This document shows positions 37,171-45,588 of a stretch of 64,000 nt of DNA, one piece after another; position 1 is the first letter of the stretch; each line of letters begins with the position of its first letter. The notes beneath the pieces were generated by a model. The model was given only the letters and a program-made list of their open reading frames with translations, was not told the DNA's origin and searched no databases. This DNA comes from Candidatus Latescibacterota bacterium (lineage in GTDB: Bacteria > Latescibacterota > UBA2968). A program made the position numbers and the translations under genes. The stretch spans positions 448,001 through 512,000 of the forward strand of contig OZ242195.1 in the NCBI GenBank assembly GCA_965205975.1. The letters are read 5' to 3'.

Positions 37171-37937
37171 TCATTTTTACTTTTGAGGATGCGGGCAAAT
37201 AAGTCGAGAACCGCATCCCATGATTTTTCAGCGGCGTCCTCGTTGTAGTGGGTTAAACGCTGGGGAAAGAAATAGCCGTGTAGCGCACCGTGCATAAAGT
37301 CAATGCGGTGTGGGACCTCACAGCGGGTGAGTTCGGTTTTGTAGAGTTGTAAGTGTTCTTCGGTCGCGCCGGCATCCTGGTCTGCCCAGCCAAAGTAGCC
37401 TTCGGCTCTGAGTTTGGGGATGGCGAGATGGGGCGAGTCCGATGCATCGGTGACGAGTTTGCCGCCGTGAATGGAGGCAAAGGCCAAAACGTGATCGGGA
37501 TACGCCGCTGCTGCAAAGAGGGCGTGGCGACCGCCCATGCAGGTGCCGATAGAGCCGACCCGTTGGGCATCGGCTTGAGGTTCTTCGTTGTCGAGGTGGC
37601 GAAGCAGTGCGCCCGTGTCGTCGATGACCAGGGCATTGGTGGTGCTGGTGTTGAGGTTCATCGGGTGCAGGGGGTCCGTTTTTTCGAGATTGAGTTCGCC
37701 GTTCATAAATTTTTCGGGGTTGTAAGACGGATTCCCCATGCGATAAAATAGGGAGGGGAGTACGGTGTAATATCCCGCGCGAGCAAAACGACGGCACATG
37801 TTTTTTAATTCGTCGCGAATGCCAAATATGTCAAAGTAGAAGATGACAGCCGGATGCGGTCCTTCGCCTTTTGGATGAAAGACATAGGCGGGCATTGTGC
37901 CGTCTGAAGTTGCAACTTCAATGGCCTTTTCGATCAT
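37158..37937 (-). CDS. Dienelactone hydrolase family
   Basis: DIFGIR, GTCMGG nucleophile motif, HGY. Confidence 0.92.
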   Translation of the reverse strand: MIEKAIEVATSDGTMPAYVFHPKGEGPHPAVIFYFDIFGIRDELKNMCRRFARAGYYTVLPSLFYRMGNPSYNPEKFMNGELNLEKTDPLHPMNLNTSTTNALVIDDTGALLRHLDNEEPQADAQRVGSIGTCMGGRHALFAAAAYPDHVLAFASIHGGKLVTDASDSPHLAIPKLRAEGYFGWADQDAGATEEHLQLYKTELTRCEVPHRIDFMHGALHGYFFPQRLTHYNEDAAEKSWDAVLDLFARILKSKNEKTR

Positions 37938-38005
37938 TGCGTTATCCTTAAAGCCGCGAGTGGATCTTTTCGCGGCTTTGTTTTATATGTCTATTATCTA
38001 TTGGA

Positions 38006-38422
38006 TCAACTTGAGATGATGCCACCGCTTGGTGAACCGCCTGCCCCTGGACCGCCTCCCTGTCCGGGCAGACCGCCGGGCATTGTGCCGGGAACGACGA
38101 TGCGCGAAGATTCTTGGCGACGGTATTCTTTGGCTTCTTCAACCATTTGATCAACAGCTTCTTTGATGGCCTGGGGAAATTTTTCTATTGCTTCCCGAAG
38201 CGAAGCGGCTTCAATGGGGGCAGAGATTGGCAGAGGCCCCATTTGAGATATGATCTGTGTGGAGCCGATGTATTGGACGGGACGACTTGTGTCGTCTGTG
38301 CCATCGGTGTTGATGGGGATCAGGCGCCGAATTGTGGCGACGCGCAAATCGGTGATGGATTCTTCTCGATAGAGGTTTTGTTGATCAACCTGAATCTGAT
38401 CAAGTGGCAACTGGTCGGCCAT
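38006..38422 (-). CDS. Conserved hypothetical cytoplasmic protein
   Basis: NLYREESITDLRVATIRRLIPI..DG; Gly/Pro-rich tail; GGAG RBS. Confidence 0.7.
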   Translation of the reverse strand: MADQLPLDQIQVDQQNLYREESITDLRVATIRRLIPINTDGTDDTSRPVQYIGSTQIISQMGPLPISAPIEAASLREAIEKFPQAIKEAVDQMVEEAKEYRRQESSRIVVPGTMPGGLPGQGGGPGAGGSPSGGIISS

Positions 38423-38513
38423 GAGAGTCTCCAAAAAAAAGGTTACGAGTGCGCCCTGCGAGGGCAATTAAATGTTGGCGTAAATATAGGACAAGTTGTG
38501 TAAATACGCACTT

Positions 38514-39884
38514 TTATTTTACTCTGTTAATTCCATTGAGCGCGGCAACGCGATAGGCTTCGGCCATTGTGGGATAGTTGAAGGTGGTGTTGATGAAGTA
38601 CATGAGTGTGTTAGCTTTACCTTCTTGCGCCATAATGGCTTGCCCGATGTGGATAATTTCAGATGCCTGAGAGCCAAAACAGTGGATGCCCAATATTTCA
38701 AAGGTTTCGCGATGAAAGATAATTTTGAGCATGCCAGTTAGCCTTCCCGTGACCTGTGCCCGCGCGATATGGCGAAAGTAGGCGTGGCCCACTTCATAGG
38801 GAATTTTTTGGGTTGTCAGTTCTTTTTCGGTAAATCCGATGGAGCTAATTTCAGGAATGGTGTAAATCCCCGTGGGTATGTCTTCCACGAGGTGCTGTTC
38901 GCATTCGCCAAAGACGAGATGGGTGGCGGCAAACCGACCTTGATCGTATGCTGCACTTGCCAGACTGGGAAACCCAACGACATCGCCAACAGCATAAATG
39001 TGGGGTTGCGCGAGTGTCTGGTACGCGTTGTTGATTAGAATGGAGCCGCGTTCGTCTGTTTCGATTCCGATATTTTCCAGTCCCATGTTGTCTGAGTTTC
39101 CGGTGCGGCCTTCTGCCCAGAGGAGAATATCGCTGACAATTTGTTTGTTGGATTTCAGGAATACGCGCGCTTCTTGGTCGTTGGCTTCAACGCGGTCGTA
39201 TTCTTCGTTGTGGCGAATACGCACTCCGTTTTGGCTGAGATGATAACTGAGGGCGTCGATGATTTCGTCGTCGAGATAGGAGAGCAATTGGCTTCGGCTG
39301 TTGATGAGATTGACTTTTATATTTAGGCCGCGAAATATGGATGCGTATTCGCAGCCGACTACTCCCGCGCCATAAATGGTGATAATGCGCGGCGTTTCTT
39401 TGAGGTTCAGGATGGAGTCGCTGTCGCGAATCCGGGGATGAGAAAAGTCGATATCGGGTGGATGATAGGGGCGGGATCCCGTGGCGATAATAAATCCCCG
39501 GGCGGCGTGGCGCTCAGTCCCTCCGTTGAGCAATGCGACTTCGACGGTGTGTTCATCGACAAACGATGCGTGGCCCAGGATAATATCGACATCATTGCGT
39601 TCGTAATAGCCCGTGCGAAGGTCAACCTGATCTCCGATGAGATCGGCGGCCCGGTCGAGCAGTTCGGGAAAACTCGTTGTGCTATGTGCATTGGTATCGA
39701 TGAGTTGCTGGACATAGTGGCGCAGTGCTTTGCTCGGTATTGTGCCTCTGTGCGTACTGTTGCCGCCCACATTTTTGAAATTGTCGATGACGGCAACGCG
39801 CTTGCCTTCCTTGGCGGATTTCATCGCGGCGCCTTCTCCGCCAGGGCCAGTACCTATCACGATGATGTCGTAGTCACAGGTCAT
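38514..39884 (-). CDS. sthA: Soluble Si-specific NAD(P)+ transhydrogenase
   Basis: [29 protein letters not shown] and [19 protein letters not shown] motifs. Confidence 0.95.
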   Translation of the reverse strand: MTCDYDIIVIGTGPGGEGAAMKSAKEGKRVAVIDNFKNVGGNSTHRGTIPSKALRHYVQQLIDTNAHSTTSFPELLDRAADLIGDQVDLRTGYYERNDVDIILGHASFVDEHTVEVALLNGGTERHAARGFIIATGSRPYHPPDIDFSHPRIRDSDSILNLKETPRIITIYGAGVVGCEYASIFRGLNIKVNLINSRSQLLSYLDDEIIDALSYHLSQNGVRIRHNEEYDRVEANDQEARVFLKSNKQIVSDILLWAEGRTGNSDNMGLENIGIETDERGSILINNAYQTLAQPHIYAVGDVVGFPSLASAAYDQGRFAATHLVFGECEQHLVEDIPTGIYTIPEISSIGFTEKELTTQKIPYEVGHAYFRHIARAQVTGRLTGMLKIIFHRETFEILGIHCFGSQASEIIHIGQAIMAQEGKANTLMYFINTTFNYPTMAEAYRVAALNGINRVK

Positions 39885-39953
39885 AGAATAGCTTTCAGTA
39901 GTCAGTTGTCAGTCCCAACCACCCAACCCCAGAGGGGTGGTGCGGGGAACGGG

Positions 39954-40715
39954 TTATTCGCTACTGGCTGCTAAAAATCCTTGTTGCACGAGAAAGTTGT
40001 CCATTTGCGCGACGGTTCGTTCGTAGTCTAATCCATCGCCGCGGCCGTGGTTAAAAAAGCCGTGTCCTTTGCCTTCATACGCGCAGAGTTCACAGGTATT
40101 GCCCGCTTCGCGCATGGCTTTTGTGAAGCGTTGGGCTTGTTCATAAGGGACGGTTGTGTCATCTGTACCGTGGAAAATTATAGTGGGTGGCAGGTCAGAA
40201 CAGACGTGTTGAAAAGGCGAGATTTCCCGCGGGTCTCTGGGAAAACGTTCGGCGAGGCGTTTTAGGCCAGCGACATCGACGACGGGGTTAAAGAGTACCA
40301 TTGCGTTGGGTTGGGAAGATACCGCCATATCCTCATCGGGCGCATCCTGGCCGGGAACAGTACCTGTACAGGCACCGACGTGACCACCGGCTGATCCACC
40401 ACCCGAAGCGATGCGGTTGGGGTCGATGTTGAGTTCATTGGCATGCGCCCTCAGCCAGCGAACCGCTGATTTGCCGTCTTCTACACATTCATAAGGCGAG
40501 GTGTTGTGTTTGCTTTTGATGCGATATTCAGCCGATGCCGCCAATATCCCGCGTTTTGCGAGATACTGGCAGTGCGGAAAAAATTGTTGCGGATTGCCTC
40601 CCGTCCAGCCACCGCCAAAGAAGAAGACAATGGCGGCTGTTTGATCGTTAGTATCGGGTTCAAAGATGTGAATGGCGAGTTCGCCCTGGGGCGTGGTTTT
40701 GTATATGCGTTGCAT
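39954..40715 (-). CDS. Alpha/beta hydrolase (esterase/lipase)
   Basis: FGGGW oxyanion motif, GGSAGG, HGTDD, GHGFF. Confidence 0.9.
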   Translation of the reverse strand: MQRIYKTTPQGELAIHIFEPDTNDQTAAIVFFFGGGWTGGNPQQFFPHCQYLAKRGILAASAEYRIKSKHNTSPYECVEDGKSAVRWLRAHANELNIDPNRIASGGGSAGGHVGACTGTVPGQDAPDEDMAVSSQPNAMVLFNPVVDVAGLKRLAERFPRDPREISPFQHVCSDLPPTIIFHGTDDTTVPYEQAQRFTKAMREAGNTCELCAYEGKGHGFFNHGRGDGLDYERTVAQMDNFLVQQGFLAASSE

Positions 40716-40729
40716 GGTGGGTGTCCCTT

Positions 40730-42409
40730 CTATCGCGTAAATTGTCGATATTTAATCCGATGGGGTTGGTCTGCGTCGGTGCCGAGGCGGCGTTTGCGGT
40801 CTGCTTCGTACTGCGAATAATTTCCGTCAAAGTAGATGACCTCGCTATTCCCTTCAAAGGCGAGAATATGCGTGGCTATGCGATCGAGGAACCAGCGGTC
40901 GTGTGAGATGATTACGGCGCATCCGCCAAAATTTTCAAGGGCGTCTTCCATGGCGCGCATTGTGTTTACGTCGAGGTCATTTGTCGGTTCGTCCAGCAAT
41001 ATGACATTGGCACCTTCTTTGAGGATGCGCGCAAGGTGAACGCGGTTGCGCTCGCCGCCAGAGAGTTGACCAACGGGTTTTTGCTGGTCGGATCCAGTAA
41101 AGTTGAAGCGCGCGAGATAGGCACGCGAATTGATTTCCCTGTTGCCCAGAGTGATGAGATCTTCACCATCTGAGACGGCTTGCCACACATTGTGATTGGG
41201 AGCGAGGACTTCGCGGGTTTGTTCGACATAGGCGAGGCTAACTGTGTCACCGATGCGAAATGTTCCCGCGTCGGGCTGTTCTTCGCCGGTGATGAGGCGA
41301 AAGAGGGTGGTTTTTCCCGCGCCATTGGGTCCAATAACGCCGACAATGCCGCCGGGTGGCAGGGAAAAGGAGAGGTTTTCAAAGAGGAGTGTATCGCCAT
41401 ATCCTTTAGAAACTCCCTGGGCTTCGATGACAATATCGCCGAGGCGCGGACCGGGCGGAATGTAAATTTCGAGGTCGCGTTCTTTTTCCACACTCTGATC
41501 GAGCAACTGATGATATGAGGCAATCCTCGATTTGGATTTGGCGTGTCGCCCGCGTGGGTTCATGTTGATCCATTCGCGCTCGCGCGCAAGGGTTTTTAGA
41601 CGCTGGCTTTCCCGGTTTGCTTCACTGGCCAGCCGTTTTTCTTTTTGATCGAGCCACGAAGAGTAGTTGCCTTTATAGGGTATGCCTTTACCGCGGTCGA
41701 GTTCGAGTATCCATCCGGCGACATTGTCGAGGAAATAGCGGTCGTGTGTGACGGCAATGACGGTGCCCGCATAACGCTGCAAATGCTGTTCGAGCCAGCC
41801 AACGGTTTCGGCGTCGAGGTGATTGGTCGGCTCGTCGAGCAAGAGAATATCGGGTTTGGAAAGGAGCAGTCTGCAAAGTGCCACACGGCGGCATTCGCCG
41901 CCCGAAAGGTGATCGACGCGCGCATCTCCCGGCGGACAACGCAGAGCATCCATCGCCTGTTCGATACGTGCATCGAGGTCCCATAAGTTCTCTGCGTCAA
42001 TCTTTTCTTGAAGTTCGCCTTGCTGTTCGATTACACGATTCATTTCTTCGTCGGACATGGGTTCGGCAAATTTGGCACTGAGCGCATTGTATTCGTTCAT
42101 GAGGTCAACCTGTTCCTGTACACCCTGTTCGACAATTTCGCGCACAGTTTTGCCCGGTTCAAGGCGGGGTTCTTGTTCCAAATACCCTATGGTGTGGCCA
42201 GGCGCGAGGTGGGTTTCGCCATTGAATTTTTCATCTACACCAGCAAGGATACGCAACAGCGTGCTTTTACCTGCGCCATTCAGACCGAGTACGCCGATTT
42301 TCGCGCTGTAGAAATAGGAAAGCGAGATGTCTTCAATGATGGGTTTTTTGTCGATGTATTTGCTCACGCGCACCATCGAATAGATGATTTTGTTTGGCTC
42401 ATTAGCCAT
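40730..42409 (-). CDS. ettA: Energy-dependent translational throttle ABC-F protein
   Basis: Two ABC domains, AKIGVLGLNGAGKS, YKGNYSSWL, QPHRIKYR C-terminus. Confidence 0.95.
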   Translation of the reverse strand: MANEPNKIIYSMVRVSKYIDKKPIIEDISLSYFYSAKIGVLGLNGAGKSTLLRILAGVDEKFNGETHLAPGHTIGYLEQEPRLEPGKTVREIVEQGVQEQVDLMNEYNALSAKFAEPMSDEEMNRVIEQQGELQEKIDAENLWDLDARIEQAMDALRCPPGDARVDHLSGGECRRVALCRLLLSKPDILLLDEPTNHLDAETVGWLEQHLQRYAGTVIAVTHDRYFLDNVAGWILELDRGKGIPYKGNYSSWLDQKEKRLASEANRESQRLKTLAREREWINMNPRGRHAKSKSRIASYHQLLDQSVEKERDLEIYIPPGPRLGDIVIEAQGVSKGYGDTLLFENLSFSLPPGGIVGVIGPNGAGKTTLFRLITGEEQPDAGTFRIGDTVSLAYVEQTREVLAPNHNVWQAVSDGEDLITLGNREINSRAYLARFNFTGSDQQKPVGQLSGGERNRVHLARILKEGANVILLDEPTNDLDVNTMRAMEDALENFGGCAVIISHDRWFLDRIATHILAFEGNSEVIYFDGNYSQYEADRKRRLGTDADQPHRIKYRQFTR

Positions 42410-43118
42410 GCTGTTTTCCCGGGTTGTTTGATTCCTGACCACCGAGTAATTTTTCGGCTTCCTCAAGTTGTTGCTTATCGTTAATTGGCAGCCAAAAATT
42501 AGCTTCGATTACTTTGATTTTTCGACCAGATGCAATCAGATTCATCCATACATCGGGCGTTTCGTATTCGCCGCGTGCGGATGGCGCGATTTCCGCGTCA
42601 AAGAAATCTCTGTCCATGACCATCGCGCCGTTCCAAACCAAATCTGAAATAAACGTCTGGGGCTTTTCGACTGACCGAACGAGGTGTCCGTCTTCATCTG
42701 TCACCAGAACCCCAAAATGTTGAGGATTCGCCACACGCGAACCAATTAGAGCCAGGTCCTGCTGTTGTACGAGATTTTGAAGGCTGCACGGCCCAAAAAT
42801 ATCATCGCCTACCATTCCCAGCCACCGCCCGGTGATTGCAGGTGCGGCGACCCGAAAAGCATGGGCGATTCCCAATGGATCTTCCTGAACGAGAAATACA
42901 ATGCGCCGCCCCCCATATATGCCGTCTGAAAAATGCTGGCGAATCGCCTCTTCGTGCGGTCCTCCTACAATGAATACAAGTTCGCGTATCTCGTTCGGCA
43001 ATCGATCCAGCGCGTGTTCCACCACGGGCTTTCCCGCTACCGGCAATAAGTGCTTCGGTCCCTCATAATCCATCGCCATCCGCGTTCCCTTGCCGGCTAA
43101 CAGCACAACTGCTTGCAT
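42402..43118 (-). CDS. Sugar-phosphate nucleotidyltransferase (RmlA/GlmU-like)
   Basis: LAGKGTRM..PKHLL, QEDPLGIAHA, EKP and SARGEYE motifs. Confidence 0.88.
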   Translation of the reverse strand: MQAVVLLAGKGTRMAMDYEGPKHLLPVAGKPVVEHALDRLPNEIRELVFIVGGPHEEAIRQHFSDGIYGGRRIVFLVQEDPLGIAHAFRVAAPAITGRWLGMVGDDIFGPCSLQNLVQQQDLALIGSRVANPQHFGVLVTDEDGHLVRSVEKPQTFISDLVWNGAMVMDRDFFDAEIAPSARGEYETPDVWMNLIASGRKIKVIEANFWLPINDKQQLEEAEKLLGGQESNNPGKQHG

Positions 43119-43142
43119 AAAGTCTCCTGACTACTGATGCTC

Positions 43143-44123
43143 TCAATGACTGTCCCGATAGTGTTGCTTGAGAATATCGCTGCCAAAGTCATTGGTCAGG
43201 TCGCGCCAGACTGCGTGGATATGATTGGCCTCGTCTTGAGTGCAGTCGTATTCTGCGAGGAAGGTGGAGCCGAGTACGCGATAGTAGTGGCCTTCGCCGC
43301 GATTTATGCCGCCAGCCCAGGCGAATGCTGCTGTGTCGAGTGAGGTGAGGTTTGCACGCTGGGCTTCTGCAATTCTGTTGGGCAAGCGGGTGATATATAC
43401 ATCGATGAGTGCGGTGACGACTTCGCGTTGCGATGCGGTCATGTCCTTGAGTTGCAGACCCTCAATCTGGACTTCATCATTTACCTGGGGGACATTGCGG
43501 GTGAGGATGTCAGCAGGGGCTTCGTCACTGATGATTGCCACTCTTTTTTGGTCGCCGTCCAGAGAGGCGAGTAAGTCGCGAGCGAGGTCTTCCTCATCTT
43601 TTAGGGCGCGCAATCCCTCGTGTTCGCCGTGCCGAACTTGTGCGGGATTGGAGCCGAAGAAGACGGGCGTAGGCGCGACGAGTGTGCCGTTGACAATGGT
43701 GTAATTGACCGAGACGTGATGGCCTTCAAAACGCCAGCTCCAGGTGGTCTCACCATTGGGCGTGCCAAAGACGACGAGGTTGTAGAGATCTGGATCGCGC
43801 GGGAATCGGCGTCTGGGACCTTCTACTTCGGCGAGTATGGGTTCCAGGTTGATGATTGTTCTGGCTTTGGTGCGCGCCTGTTCGCTCAGTCCGGTATCGA
43901 GCAGAGCAAATGCTTTGTCTCTCTGATGCGCTTCCATGTCTTTGAGCGCGAGGCCCAATCGGTCGCGCGGGATGTAGTGCCAGTCCTGTCGTGCGTTTTC
44001 ATCGCCAAAGCCCAGTTGCGCGGTTGCCGCCTGATCGGGACGCAGAGATGCCAAAAATGCCGTGGCAGCATCGGCCATGCGATTGGCCGTGTCAATCTGG
44101 GTATAAAGTTCTTCGAGGTTCAT
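43143..44123 (-). CDS. DUF3500 domain protein
   Basis: WHYIPR, WRFEGHHVS, FAWAG and NHIHAVWRD..NDFG motifs. Confidence 0.88.
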   Translation of the reverse strand: MNLEELYTQIDTANRMADAATAFLASLRPDQAATAQLGFGDENARQDWHYIPRDRLGLALKDMEAHQRDKAFALLDTGLSEQARTKARTIINLEPILAEVEGPRRRFPRDPDLYNLVVFGTPNGETTWSWRFEGHHVSVNYTIVNGTLVAPTPVFFGSNPAQVRHGEHEGLRALKDEEDLARDLLASLDGDQKRVAIISDEAPADILTRNVPQVNDEVQIEGLQLKDMTASQREVVTALIDVYITRLPNRIAEAQRANLTSLDTAAFAWAGGINRGEGHYYRVLGSTFLAEYDCTQDEANHIHAVWRDLTNDFGSDILKQHYRDSH

Positions 44124-44177
44124 GTTCTCAACTCCTTGTGAATGTGGATGATTCAGCTCCTGTCTGCTTGAAACAAC

Positions 44178-44714
44178 TCAGGATCTCCTTCTATAGAAAA
44201 TCCGAAGAACATCGCCTTCGTTCAGAATATTATTATAAAACTGGTACATCTCTGCATCGAAATCTTCGTCTTGTCTGAGGGCCTCCAGGAAATCTGTCTT
44301 TGTGATTATGAGCGTGAGGTCATCTCTATCCAAGAAGTAATCAATCCTTTCAACTGTTCCATCTTCGTCAGTAGTGACAATTTCATTGCCATCAATGCGC
44401 CAGGTTCCTTTGCCTCCGCTATTGTCCTCCCACGTATTGTCCGCATTGAAGCGCATTATTGATCTCATATTTCTGAAATGCTCTTCGGCACCTGTGAACG
44501 CGGAATTAACAAGTGTCTGAGCCTGAGTTCGGCTATATCCTTGAGTGACAAGGTAGTCTTCAAATCTATCGGCGAGTACCGTAACCATATCCGTATCCAC
44601 AAATGTCCAGGAGCCAACGAGTTCTTTCTCCGGCCCGGTAAGGCTGTCGCCACAGGCCATCATCCCTGATGCCAGGATAAGGATAATGGTCATAGATAAC
44701 AAATGCTGTTTCAC
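44178..44714 (-). CDS. Lipoprotein, lipocalin-like beta-barrel
   Basis: Lipobox MMAC, LVGSW, GTWRIDGN; GTG start after AAGGAG. Confidence 0.65.
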   Translation of the reverse strand: MKQHLLSMTIILILASGMMACGDSLTGPEKELVGSWTFVDTDMVTVLADRFEDYLVTQGYSRTQAQTLVNSAFTGAEEHFRNMRSIMRFNADNTWEDNSGGKGTWRIDGNEIVTTDEDGTVERIDYFLDRDDLTLIITKTDFLEALRQDEDFDAEMYQFYNNILNEGDVLRIFYRRRS

Positions 44715-44742
44715 AAAATTATCTCCTTTTTTAAACAATAGG

Positions 44743-45588
44743 TTATTGGCTACTATCTACTGATTTTACTCTTCGTCCTCCCAAAGTAGCACCGCCATCA
44801 ATGGTCAATGCCTGTCCGGTGATATTTTTTCCTTTGTCGCTTGCCAAAAAGACGACCATATGGCCCACATCTTCGGGCGTTTGTTCGGTTCCTAAGGGCA
44901 CACTATTGCGGATTACATCTTCAAAAATTTCTCTTGCGGTAAATCCCTCGTATGCCGGGTTGTTGTTTTTGATTTGAGACGCGATCATTTTCCAGGCGCG
45001 CGTCCAGAGGTAGCCGGGGCATATTGCGTTGACTCTGATCCCACGCCCTGCGAGTTGGCTGGCTAAGGTTCTGGTCAAATGAATGACTCCGGCTTTGGCC
45101 GCGCCATAAGCAGGCATGGAAACGCTGGGCATTAATGCGGCGATAGATGCGATGTTGATGATGCTGGATCCGCGGCTGAGATGCGGGATGGCTGCTCTGG
45201 ATGAGACAAAGGCGGTTCGGAGATTGGTGTGCAGGTGCGTGTCCCAATCGTCAACGGATAATTCTGTCAGTGGGATTTCCAGCGATGCTTTGGCCGCGTT
45301 TGTATCGGGTCCTCCAATGCCCGCGTTGTTGACGAGTATATCGAGTGAGCCGAGTTCTGAAACGACCCGATCCGTTGCCGAGCGCATGGCGGTTTCATCA
45401 GATGCATCGGCCGATAGCCCGATTGCGGACGTTTTGAGCGTTTTGGCGGTTTTTTTCGCACCATCGCCATCCAGATCAGTAATGGCGATTTTTGCACCTG
45501 CATCCGATAGGTGTTGTGCGATGGCTGCTCCAATGCCCCGCGCAGCACCTGTTATGAGTGCAACCCGATTTTGTAATTCCAGACTCAC
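44743..45588 (-). CDS. Classical SDR oxidoreductase
   Basis: TGAARGIG, NNAG, YGAAK motifs; GTG start overlaps the upstream stop. Confidence 0.92.
   Translation of the reverse strand: MSLELQNRVALITGAARGIGAAIAQHLSDAGAKIAITDLDGDGAKKTAKTLKTSAIGLSADASDETAMRSATDRVVSELGSLDILVNNAGIGGPDTNAAKASLEIPLTELSVDDWDTHLHTNLRTAFVSSRAAIPHLSRGSSIINIASIAALMPSVSMPAYGAAKAGVIHLTRTLASQLAGRGIRVNAICPGYLWTRAWKMIASQIKNNNPAYEGFTAREIFEDVIRNSVPLGTEQTPEDVGHMVVFLASDKGKNITGQALTIDGGATLGGRRVKSVDSSQ

Noticed and set aside
38648..38656. DnaA box TGTGGATAA
   Set aside because: Single copy inside sthA; no cluster.
39895..39913. CAGTAGT-CAGTTGT-CAGT 7-mer repeat
   Set aside because: Too short and single; no associated gene.
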